A stretch of DNA of 63,938 nt, filler included, from Choristocarpus tenellus KU-1152 (lineage: Eukaryota > Protista > Phaeophyceae), in NCBI GenBank assembly GCA_964200185.2. It is 9 parts of 9 records of this genome, joined end to end, with 100 filler letters (N's around TTAATTAATTAA, not from the genome) between each part and the next. Parts side by side here need not be neighbours in the genome. Positions count along the whole stretch, not along the records: positions 41,961 to 63,938 come from CAXNAD020000313.1; 8 more parts are not named here. One strand, given 5' to 3'. Position numbers and translations under genes: made by a program. Under the pieces are notes generated by a model, which did not search any database, was not told the origin of the DNA, and saw only the letters and a list, made by a program, of their open reading frames with translations. This document shows, one piece after another, positions 50,801-62,639 of the stretch (positions are counted from its first letter, which is position 1; each line of letters opens with the position of its first letter).

Positions 50801-50982
50801 ATGTGAAAGACATTTTCTATTTATTTTTTTACTATCACCTATACTACACCACTCCCGTCCTATTTTGCATCTAACCTATTTTATTATTTTACCCCCTGAC
50901 ATTCTGTAGATGTATCATGTGCTTCTATTGAAAACACTAGACTAGGAGTACCAAAGAGTCTCGAAACAAAATTTTCTAGGAC

Positions 50983-51194
50983 GAGCCAAAGTATGTTGGA
51001 GGGTAGAGCCACGTCCTTGTGGGGGCCAAAATCCAATGTTGCGATTTCGATGTAAATTTGGCCATCATGTTTGTTAGGAAGTATCAATATCCATGTTATA
51101 GACACACCTTTTCATAACATACACATTTTACCTACTGAAATATTTTGGAGTAAGAAAATGTCCTAAAAAAAACATGGGAAGCCAAGCCCCAAAC
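50983..51194 (+). mobile_element. MITE family A, 3'-truncated
   Basis: gagccaaagtatgttggagggtagagcc ... gggaagccaagccccaaac. The right TIR is missing. Confidence 0.85.
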
Positions 51195-52866
51195 GACACT
51201 AAAACACCTAGCTGTTGCGAGAACATGTCTTAGATGCATTACTAGCAGCAGTTATGGGGCATACACTCTCTAAAAAAAATAACTCTACTAATGGAAGGAT
51301 GAAGCCGTATGGTAGCTATAGGAGTGAAGACGTAGAAAGTTGCGCCTGTGTAATAGATTGTATCAACTACCAATATGAAAGGCCTTCCGTTCTTACTTCA
51401 CTAGGGTTGTGCTTGACGGATTGCTGGCATTGATATGTCCAAACGGGCCTACTCTTCACAACAAACCCGATGGTGCCCAACCCCCCACTCTGATTCATCC
51501 TGTCGTGGGATATCATTTGACCAAGTGTATACACATTGTCACAGTTGGAAGTGATCTTTATGGGCTTACTGTACATAATGCAGGAACAATGCCTGTAAAT
51601 GGAGGCCTTCCATACGCTAGTTGATACTATTTGATTGGCGAACACGACTTGCAATGACATATTGACAACTAGATGTTGTCTACAATATATGGCTTCACCT
51701 ACAGTAATTTAGGTGAATTTTAAAGAAGCGAGTGTACCCACCCATGACCTTTGCTAATAACACCTCTAAAAAATATATGCTTTCCAGGATTGTTAGCGAC
51801 CGTTCCAGCCTCTTACACTCGCTAATGTGGTACTACTCACTATTGGTAATATTTTGCATTCTAGGGTACCTAGAAAAAAAAAAGCGTCCGCCCCTGATTC
51901 TTCTGCCTATCTCACTAATCTTGAGTTGGCACTATGAAGGCGGTATTGGAACTAGTCAAGCCCTATCCATCTTGCCCACCAGCATCGCATGTCTCTCTAC
52001 CACCTTGAAATGCATGATGAGATGCCAAGAAATCGCCACTACTTGTGTTGTGGCGCAGATATAGTTCGTCACAGGTGTACTACTACTCCCCCCTCTTCCT
52101 GCTAAGCCCTCTCGACCCCTCTAACACTCACTACATGATGACTCACCAACTCGTTCAGTAATACCTCTATTGTTATATATCAACACCCCCAAAGATTTCT
52201 TCTACACTATTATACCACGACGGTATTGAGGTGGAATAACTACTTCTACTACGAAAAGATAAAATCATAATAGTTGTTGGGCTTTCGGACCTTAAGCTGT
52301 TTTTCAACAGTGAGTCTTGTAGGTGGTAGTGCACTTGAGAAAGACACATCCAACAGAAGTACTATATATTTTTCTCGGTAAGAAGCACGACTGTGTGCAT
52401 TATTGGATAATGGTGAAGTATATATATACATTGTGATCATGTATTGATCTTGAAGTTGAAACTACAAATCAAATTCGTCGAATGATCCCATTTTCTTCTC
52501 ATTTAATAATATTTTTCTCAATTTATTCTTATGTATGTTGGGTTTTTGTATATAGGAGAGTTACGTTTTACTAGATAGGATGCATCCATCTACTTTGATA
52601 AGAACATGGTCTTGAGGTATGTCACGCCATAATTTTTTGTTAAACCTCACCGTTTTTACCCCGAACAGACAAGGCATTTGATTTGAGATAGACAACTTCT
52701 TCTGCGTGGCAACAAGCAACGGGATGTTGGACTGGCAAAGAGCAGAGAGTGCATGAGACACAGCGAACCTGGCGGAACTATTTGTCCCCCTCGGTCACGA
52801 AATATTCTGTGGAACGAATTCAGTTGAAAGGTTGCTTGAAGGTTTCCATCTATTTCCGAGACGATC

Positions 52867-54571
52867 ATGGCCTCTCCCAGGCGGTTCCAGCCAGGACGCA
52901 TCCTCCTTGCTCTGGCAGCTCTTCCGAGGCATGTAGCGAAAGCTTTTACTTTTGCTGGCCACGGCATGGGTCAATCACCCCAGCCGAAACTCCGCCTTCA
53001 ACACTCCATCACGGATATCAATGGGTCTACCCCTCCTGTCTCACCTGTATGTGTATCACCTGTACAGGGGGACAACGAACTAGTTTCCTTTTACCTTCTC
53101 AGGCACGGGGAGACGAACTTCAACGCCATCGGTCGCATTCAGGTTTGTTCGTTAGATAAACAAGGGGTCCACCTAAAATCGTTAGGAAGTATTCGATCTA
53201 TCCAGCCTATCACAGCACTGACTGAATTTCCTTTTGTGTTCATGTGCTCCGATGTACTCATTAGGGTACCCTCGACTCTTCAAGGCTTACAGATCAGGGG
53301 ACTTCGCAGGCCGTGGAGGCGGGAAAGAACTTGGCGTCGCTCCCGGACCTCGACCTTGGTAGTACTGTGGTGGTTTCACCTATGCGTCGGGCACAGCAAA
53401 CACTGGCCTGTGTAAGGGATGAGTTGAAGTTGGTGGGCAAGGACTTCTCGAACGTGGAGATCGTTCCAAGCATTAGAGAGATAGAACTCTTTGAGTGGTA
53501 AGTGAATAATTTAACCAACAAAATATACAAACCCGATTTAGCTCAGTACCTAGGTCTCTGACATCTCTATGGCCTTGCATCCCTCCTCTTCGAATGAGCG
53601 AATTCACACTGCAACCATTTGTGTTACATATTTTTCACAAGGTGACACTCGTGGTTCCTGTACCCTACGACTCGTTTTTTTTGTTTCGTTTCCTTCAAGG
53701 CAAGGTCAGCTGAAAGATGATTTGATTAAGGAGAGACCAGACCAGTATGCTAGCTGGGTCAAGGATCCCGCAAACTTCAACTTGGATGGACGGTGAGGAG
53801 AAAAAATATTTGCATTGCAGCTCTGTCCTGGTATCAATTGTTGGGTAATAGACCGGGGAAACTGTTGCTTGAAGAAGCAATGCAATCCTTCCTGTGTACC
53901 AGATTATGGAGTGGGACAGTGCAGATTGTTTTCTGTTCCGAGGACTTGGTAGTTTGAAAGTTCGTTCCATTTGTAGTGCTGCTTTGTAAGTTGCGTTGCG
54001 CCCAAGCATCGGATGTAGTGAATATATGAATGTATCTGCCATTGCTTATTTCCTCTCAGGCCTGACCCTGTAAACTTGTCAATTTGGAAAGTGGTGCAAG
54101 AGGTTACATTCCAACCTTTTTGATTGGCTTGAAGTGACACGCTCTATACTAATAGTATTATATCATATTGACGTAAACATTGCTCATGGTACCAACTCCC
54201 TTAACTCTTGATTATCATGACTCCAATCCCAATCCTCCAGATATCCTGCCCGAGACCTCTGGGCAAGAGCAGAAAAGGCGTGGGAGGAGATTCGCTCCTT
54301 GCAGTCTGTCCAAAAACAACGGAAAACTCTGGTGGTAGCACACAATGCCATCAACCAGGCACTCCTCTGGACAGCACTTGGATCAGACGCCTCCTTGTTT
54401 CGTAAAATATCATGGCCCAACTGTGCAATCCTGGAGCTGCAGTGGCGCCAAGGTGAAGAGCGAGCAGAGAGGTATCGCTGGGTTCTTCCTGGTGCTTCAG
54501 AATTTGTGGAGGCTCATGATGCTGAAGCTCTTTGCAAGGGAACCCAAGATGACACCAGGTTCACATTGTAA
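52867..54571 (+). CDS. Histidine phosphatase / phosphoglycerate mutase family protein, CA1Pase-like, predicted plastid-targeted (exons 52867-53142, 53265-53497, 53700-53792, 54241-54571)
   Basis: All introns are GT-AG and phase-compatible. Motifs LLRHGET..N..GRIQG, SPMRRAQQT, IREIEL..WQG, LVVAHNAINQAL, NC. The N-terminus has a hydrophobic signal ending AKA-F followed by a Ser/Pro-rich transit-like peptide. Confidence 0.92.
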
Positions 54572-56219
54572 TGAACTTGTGTGTGCAAGATAGAGTTTTG
54601 ATGACATGACCCTTTCCACAATGGGAAGGAATGGAATATTTTGTTCATTTGGGATACAACAGCAGTCCACATTACCAATACCTTGCGGTTGCCGTCTTGG
54701 AATGGGGAGTGACACAAGGGAATAGAATATGTGCATTGAGCACACAAGTGAATGCTCTGCTTGGTCAGTATAGATTGCACCTGAAAAGGCAGAGCACAAT
54801 AGTTGGGACTGAGACTCAGCAGCCAAGGGCGGGATTATTGCTGAGGTGAATCTGACTAGGGAATTTTTGATTCAGAGTTACATTTTTTTTTTTACAAGTA
54901 TGCCAGGATTAATTGGTTTTCTGGTTAGACCAGAGGAATTTGTTGTTGTGATGTTAGGTGAAAGTGGGTGCTTCATAATATTGTTCAAAATGGGACCCAA
55001 GAATGGTGTTGCTGGTGATTGTAGAGGTGACAAAGTGGGAGGAGGCAGGGGCTGATGAGATATCTTATTCAAGAGACCTTATAGTACAACTGAGACAGGC
55101 ACAACCTCGTTTGATGTTTTGGTTCTGGAGCACTATATTTATAAAATAGCTCTGCTGTATGATAGAACTTCTCTTTTGGAGTTTACAATTTTTGTTGGAG
55201 GCAAATCCGAGGTCGTACAGCATGGATGGCAATGTTATTTTTTTGTTTTCCAGAGTAATGTCAAAAACTGCTCTACAATCTGAGTACAAAGTGGGGTTAA
55301 ATCAGATGACATGGACACCACCTATTGTATCACTCGGGGAACACATGCCTCATGCCTAAACAATAACTTTTAATGCATACATTAGAGTGTTCAATTAAGA
55401 ACATGAAATATGGATAGCCAACCGAACATGGGGATATATTTTGGACTAAAATAAAAGCTTCTTCAGCGTGGTGAAACGGGAGGAGGAACTCAAAGTCTAT
55501 TACATGTGAAGAGAAATGTTGGGGCATGCATTTAGAAATACTCTCTTTTTACTTCCAAGGAGTATCGTGATTGTTCTTTACAATCATTCAACACTGATAC
55601 CAGTGATTGTGTATGCGTGGGTAAGCCTCCAAAAGCAATACTAAACATTACATTTCAGGTGTTGCCCACTTTGCCCTGAAAGTAGACAACGGATTAGGAG
55701 ACCTCATACATACAATACGACACCCAAGAAAAATATACCAACTCTAGGGATTTACAAAGAACCACAATCACATGAATAATTCAATACATGTATGGTTGTA
55801 ATCTACAATGCTCTAATAAAGGTGTAAAGAATCGGCTCAACGTTGGCATGCCCCACCAATACCTACTTCTCCAGTATCCACTTTCTACTGCATCCAAAAC
55901 GTCAATGAACTCATCAAAGACTGCCCCAGCTCCTTGGATGTAGATAAGGTTGTAGTTCAATTGGTAGCACTGTGTGACTGTAGCGTATACGTACTGCTGC
56001 CAGCAACTAACATCATATTGACCTGCCAACTCTGTCATGTTTATTAGTCAGCCGTTTCATGGGGAAATCGCCAGCCAACCATACACTGGAGTCCTACTTC
56101 ATTCATGTTGCACAAATAACAAAATTCATTGGTAAGCACACAGTCTTAATGGCTTGACTCTGCCTCAACCTCAATCAAAACTCAGCCTTTGGAGGAGAAC
56201 ATCTTTCCAGAGCAGATCC

Positions 56220-57730
56220 CTACAACTCGTTCAACGTAAATTCCAACCTTGAAATACATGCGTAGTAGGGCAGAGCCTCCTGGCCATACTCTTCCGGCAC
56301 TGGGGCAGGTTCATGCTGCTCCATGCTAGACAGTTCCAATGCTGCTGGGGTGTGACTTCCGAAGCAAGAATCTATCCCATCGTAGCAATCTGGCGGGATA
56401 CTGATGCGGATATGGGCCTTGCTGTCCCCCCTATCCCTCCGTCTACTCTTTTTAGTAGGTCTGTGCATTTTGGACGTCTTCATGATTGTTAAGTGTGGGG
56501 TGAATCTAAAGTCGTTGTCATTGGGAGAAGGCTCAACTAGCTTGGATTCGACAAAACGGGCATGGATAGCAGCTGTCAGGCGACGCAGGCGATCTGCTTG
56601 CCTGTCTTCAACAAGGCAGGCATAGAGTACCCTATCACTGAAAGATCCCAGCCCTTCGAAAGTGAGACAGAGAGGTCCCCTCCAGGCAAAGTCCACCTCC
56701 AGTTCTCTTTGACGATCCTCATATTTTCCTTCTTGTGATTCTTCAACTTGTTTTCTTAACTCCACCTCTATCTCTTTGAGTCCTGCAGATGCTGATGTGG
56801 GCTTGTCTTTACCGTCATTTGCACACCTGGGCGACTTGTATCCCACTTCTTGCATAGGGAGGAGGCCGTATTCAACAAGTAGGTCACCACAGGAGGTCAA
56901 CACGTCCTGGGCCATCTGTATAAAGCGAAGATAATTCGGATGACACAAGAATGTACATATATCTTCGAGTAGGATATGATCCTAAATATATATATCGTAA
57001 ACAAGTAATGCGTCAATTGATCAGGCACAATACTACATACACTGGACAGGGATATCCTTAGGGTGTCAAGAAGGTAGGTCTGCACAGGGACATGGCCACT
57101 TGGATGCTTGTCCATGATCACCAAGTAAAGACGTATAACAAATTCGACCGTCGTACTGCATCGTACGATGTGCACCTGCTCTCATACAATCCGCCTTCCC
57201 ACCCTGTCAACAGTCAAGGGAAAGCACAATCGCAGAAAAATCACCGATCACCTTCAAAGTGCCATCATTATCTGAGAGTGTGGCAACAAATAGGGTGAGG
57301 TGGAGATTTTGGACGGGAATCACAGCTCCCTGCAAGTCTGGCCTTGAACTTAGAACTCTTTGCTGGACCAACTCAATCTGTGACAGCAACCAAGGGTTGA
57401 ACTTCAACAGGTCATTTAGCGTCTGGGGAGTGACATTTTGAGTTTTTGGCAGAAAAGGCTGCAGTGATGATTTGGGAGGACAAAAAATTACTGCACTGTC
57501 CCTATAGTCACCTCTTGCCATATCTTGGCGTTGTTGATCCTGACCGAGAGGAAATGGTTGGGACGAGAACGACGTCCTCCATGTTGGTCACGAATAGACA
57601 TATATAGAGCTCGGATATCTGAAACGTACGAATCCTTTTCCCAGAAGCCCCTGGGGATAACCCTCCGACTGGAAAGGAGGATCGAGCTTGTAACTAACGA
57701 GTTGACTGGAATGGTTAGTGGGCATCTCAT
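56220..57730 (-). CDS. AKAP7-like 2H phosphoesterase (2',5' RNA ligase-like domain); exons 57730 (or 57601)-57512, 57377-57252, 56915-56220
   Basis: RPNHFLSVRI, LHLTL, LTFEGLGSFSDRVLYA, FTPHLTIMK: two HxT motifs. Introns are GT-AG, phase 0. The start codon is uncertain. Confidence 0.9.
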
Positions 57731-58153
57731 GACTCTACAACAAAAACATGCTCTGAGGCCAGACGTCGTGGACTCTTCACCTGGTTTAAGCTCTCTTCCA
57801 ACAGAGGGAATACAAGGAAGAAATCGCGATATTGCAACCCCAAGATAGTCTAAATTGCGCTCTGCTATCCTCAATCACTGTGTCTATCTTTATCGATGTG
57901 TGAAAGTCATACAATATTAATAATTTTTACATTGAAGGATTAGGGGTGTAGTTTGTTGGGAAAATGCAAGGTGACAAATGATGAATTATGGTGCACTATC
58001 TAATCCCAATCTCATATGAATCGTGTGATTCTGTGGAGGCGTGGATCACAAAAAAATCCCTGTGAAGAGAATCACCAGCCAACACAAACAAGACAGACCT
58101 AAACAGAGAGGACGAGGTAAAGTTTGACAAGGAGGGTGGAGGGTGGAGAGTGT

Positions 58154-58431
58154 CAGGAGGTGACGTCATAAGGAATCCCTTGACTCTTGTATCTCTTGAT
58201 GAAGAAGTCCACCTGTGAAACTGATCTCTTTAAGAGAACCACGCCGATGAATGGACCCTATTTCACTAAAGATCTTTCACTGGAATCTGTCCAAGATTCC
58301 TGACAAGGAACCTCAACCCCGACAGGCGAGAGTGAATGATCAGAGCGGCAGGAGGTGATGTCTTAAGGAATCCCTTGACTTCTACTATCTCTGAAAAAAT
58401 AAGTTCACCTGTGAAGCTGATCTCTTGAAGA
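58154..58431. repeat. Local direct duplication (about 83-bp core, 195-bp spacing)
   Basis: caggaggtga(c/t)gtc(a/t)taaggaatcccttgact...cacctgtgaa(a/g)ctgatctctt at 58154 and 58349. Confidence 0.85.
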
Positions 58432-59219
58432 GTAGTGTGTACACAGAGTTGGAATACTGTTACAGCACGCTCCAGTAGCTTAGCTCCGCAGGATATATTA
58501 TAGCTCCATACCACAAGCCTATATATATATGACGCTGATGATTTACGTACAGGACTCCTGATGCACAAGACAAGTATGCTGGGTCTCTCACTTGGATTAT
58601 TCCCTTCATAAGTATCATCAATGTCATAATATAATAGGAACTGGCAACGATGTACCACTTGGGGTCATGATAATAACTAAATAAGTAAATAGTCAAGAAA
58701 TACAAATATATCAAATCTAGGACTTCAAAGTCATAATAATGGTGTTTATGAAATCGCCATCAAGACATACATATCGCATTTATTAACATTACAACAGGTA
58801 TTCGTTGGTAAACCCAGAACTGTTCTATCATACACGGATGGATAGAAAATTGTTATGTTATCGGTAGAGGTACTATTTCAAGGTGTTAACCCTTCTACGT
58901 TCTTGAGCTTGATCACTCAACAGCATTTATTTGGCAACATCCTTGTGTTTGTCATTCCCATCTTTACATGAGACGGGTGACACTTAAAAGTAATACATGA
59001 GTGTGGCATTAATGGAATATCCTGACAAAGTTGATGGTATGTGGTCAGCTAGCAATCAATCTTTTAGGAGGTCTGAATTATGGGATAAGCATATCAATCG
59101 GCATAAAATACAGTGAAGTTGACGGCATTTGGTCAGCATACCATTATCAAGCTCATGCCCAAAGGTCTGAGGACATGGGGTCTCCGAAGCAGTGACATGC
59201 ACCAGGAAACCACCTTCTT

Positions 59220-59564
59220 GGGGAACCACCACAGATATACCTTTTCCACTTCCTCACGCGAAGGACAGAGATATTTTCCACTCAAAGGTTAGGGTTAGGG
59301 TCAGGATCAGGGTCAGGGTTGGGGATGGGTTTTCCAAAATGAATGTGAAAATGTGAAAAAGAGATTAAAGTGGTAGATCTATATTATTAGGTGGTGGCTC
59401 CCCAGTGCCCACTGCACTGTTGTACCACAATGTGAAACTTCTCCAAGAAAGTTTCCTTGACAGTTAGGGATATTTTTCACACACAAGTTAGGGTTAGGGG
59501 TCGGGGTCAGGTTTTTTAAAAAGCGTGTAAAAAAGTAAAATTATTGGTATAGTGGTGGTTCCCC
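59220..59564. mobile_element. Putative MITE(s) with TIR GGGGAACCACCAC and internal TTAGGG tracts
   Basis: ggggaaccaccac at 59220; inverted copies at 59391-59403 and 59552-59564. gttagggttaggg occurs in both halves. Confidence 0.6.
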
Positions 59565-60699
59565 ATTGCACGTCATCGTCAGCCAGGATACGAGTTGAGA
59601 GGTGTATGAGACCAGTAGTATAGAGGTCTCTGGTATCTTGCACAAAACGGAGAATACTCCAGGAATGAGGAAACCAGAAATACAGTCTTTATGAAGTTAA
59701 TAACTGTTGGGTAGCAGTGTGTTTGTATTCTGAACGAAAATACAAGCATGTGTACGTCCTCAAAATAAGCTCATCAGACGAGATCAGTGGATGATGTGTG
59801 CACAATTCTCCTTCCTCACATTCTGATATGATGATTGAAAACAATGTTGAATGTCTCAACTCTCAATACGATACGAGGCGACTATATGGTCATTGTATCA
59901 TGCTGAGGGGATTCTTCCACTCAAAAACAAGAAAAATTGATGTGACTCACCTAATAAAATCTCCACCACTTATCTGGAGGTGAACTGGAATCTTTGGTTA
60001 TTATGTCGAGGTTGGTCAATATATAGTGATGAATAATAATACATTTAATGAAAGAGAGGCATGGTGCAATGAACAGCCACAAGAGTGCCAAGCAATGTGC
60101 CCAATGAAGGACGTTCTCTTCACCACCGCAAAACAACGTGTCCAGTCATGCGAAGTGAGGAGAGTTGAGAAAAAAATATATAATTAATTTATCTAAACAT
60201 CCAATATATTTGCAGCCTATTTTCGAAGGAATTATAAACTTGGTAAACAAGAGATATCGAGTCAACGCTGGTCATGAACAAGGCTGACTGAGATCCATTA
60301 CTAGGTATCTCATCTCTTTGCAAACGACAAACTATACCCATCTATTACACTATGACATGTAAACGATTATCTAACGAGATGGTGAACATATTATGTAGAG
60401 GATTGTGATGTGTGGGTAACACGAGATCTGGGCCAAGAAGACGGACACGTCATAAGTAAGGTTGATGGGGGATCTGTACCAGACACACACCCAGTAATCT
60501 CTTTACTTAGGTAATAGGATGTACTATTGTAGGAATGCAAGATGCACAAACTATACAAAAGTGTATGATATCTGTAAATCATGAACTCTCAAGTTGAGAC
60601 AATTTGGGAGAAGATTTTACTGATTATAAAATCAATTTACTGCACGATAATAGGCTGCAATCAAATCACAACATTTTGGGGGTCGTTCTGATCTTTTGT

Positions 60700-62620
60700 G
60701 AAGGTCACAAGAGTGCCCATAGCCACAAAGACGAAGGAAATAATCAACATTTGTGGATAAGCGATGACCAGGGCCGAGTCCATGTCCAGCAATGTTGTCT
60801 ATAGGGTACTGGACAAAAACGGGTTGAGAGACTGGTGGTTTACGTCTTGCAGTGGTAACGGTTCGCGTTTGGCGTGGGAGGTTGGCCTTGTGGGTAGCAA
60901 CGTTTCAATCTATCGAAATGAATGGAAAGCGAAAGTGGGTTTCCAAGAAATACGACCTTGTAGCTGATGGGTGATATCTTAAATATATCCACCCTTCTAT
61001 GGGTAAAGTAGCTTTGGATTCGGATAATCAGTTCTCTCATGTGGCCTATAGACTTGAGATATATCACCGAGTACGAAAACGGGGAACGTTTGACGTTGAT
61101 TGGCACGTTCCTGGTTCTCAACGTGTTTACGGAGGTTCCAGCGTGCAACTCAATGCACGCTGTGAAGTATCTATGCGAATCAGAATTAGACAAACCAAGG
61201 ATAATATCAACGGACAAATGAGCTTGTCTTACAAATAGATTGAAAAACAGAGTTTCACGCAGCTTTGAGCTGAAAGCTGTTTTATGGGTTATCTTTACGA
61301 AAGGCAGTAATGATGCCCAGCTATGCTCAGCAACATAGGTATACATTGCTAACACAGAACATTTGTAACATAGCATGGACTCTCTCCAACACGGAATTTC
61401 CTTGAGGGTGATACTGTGTGATTTGGTTTTCTTTTGCCTGAAGCTAAACTGCAACTCTGCAACTTATACTGTTTTCAAATTCGGGAACTTATTTTGGAGC
61501 AGAACAATGTAGGTGCTCTGAAAATTGAAATAAACGTGCTACCAACATACGACGAACAATTGTTGCGGCCTCTTTGTACGGAGCAGGGCAGAGTACAACA
61601 AAACGAATGAGGTGATAAGTGACAGACAACTAGACGTATGAGCAGCACATCACACTATTTGCTGCAAGGGAATATGTTTCATGTTTTACCAAATCAATAG
61701 TAACTATTTGAAAATGTATGTCAACAGCCAATGTGGCTGGTGGGAAGCATAGCTTTGCTATGAACAGTCTCATGTAGTTGGCATTCCTGACCATTTGATA
61801 CCATGTGTACGAACATCAATATTGAACGTTGGCCAACGTTATGAGTCTCTAATTTATCTAATATATCCATATTCTACTTTGATAAAGTCAGTTGGATTGA
61901 TTTATTTGACTCTAAATCCTTGCTTGAATTAAGTAGTTACTATCATACCAACCTATAAAAAATCAAGAAGAAAGTACTAACTTCCCCTATTGAAGCTCAA
62001 TTTAGCCTAGATGTGTTAGAATTACATTAATATTATGTTTCCCAACAGGAAATCAGGTGTGCTAAGAAAATTATATTAGATAAATCTTGATTGGATGTAA
62101 TAACTATAGCCATCCTCTATTTACAATATGTGGAAATGCAAATAGTTTGATCCACTCACGATAATATAAAACACTGGAAGCTGTAAACAAATTGGCTCTA
62201 TGACGAACGAACCATTCCATAAGTTTAGACGTAACAATTAACTTTGTGTCAGACGTGAGTTTGAAGCCTAAGTGACCTCCAGACACGCTTCAACAGGCAG
62301 CGTGTAGTATCACCTAGTGTACGTGAGAAACGAACAAACTAATGAAAAATAAGTGGTGAACCAGTGGCAATATACAGGTGTATCGCACCAGGTGGAACAG
62401 GATGCATATCAAAGAGTTTGAGTTTATGATTATGAACCAAAAATCGCTTGAAATATAAGGCACATCACTTGCTGTATCTGCAGGTTAAGGTCTCGTCCTT
62501 ACGCTCTTCAATTATGTCAGATATACGAACCCTTTGCCATGAGAAATAAGAAAGCTTTGGTGTAGATCGGTATCTGCACAATGAATTGTTAACCAAAATT
62601 AAATATTACCATATGACATT
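60700..62620 (+). mobile_element. Highly degenerate Ty1/copia pol relic
   Basis: Eroded motifs in copia order: WISDDQG..HV (protease), MWPI / LQHGISLRV / LFWS / NVLPT (integrase), KYKA (RT). Many stops. Confidence 0.4.
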
Positions 62621-62639
62621 GACTGAACTAAAGGTCCAA

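Noticed and set aside
55065-56040. Coding-like minus-strand fragments between the two convergent genes
   Set aside because: No consistent frame, splice model or motif; left unassigned.
60840-61454. 204-aa minus-strand ORF
   Set aside because: It is antisense to the copia-like relic and has no motif; probably a chance ORF.
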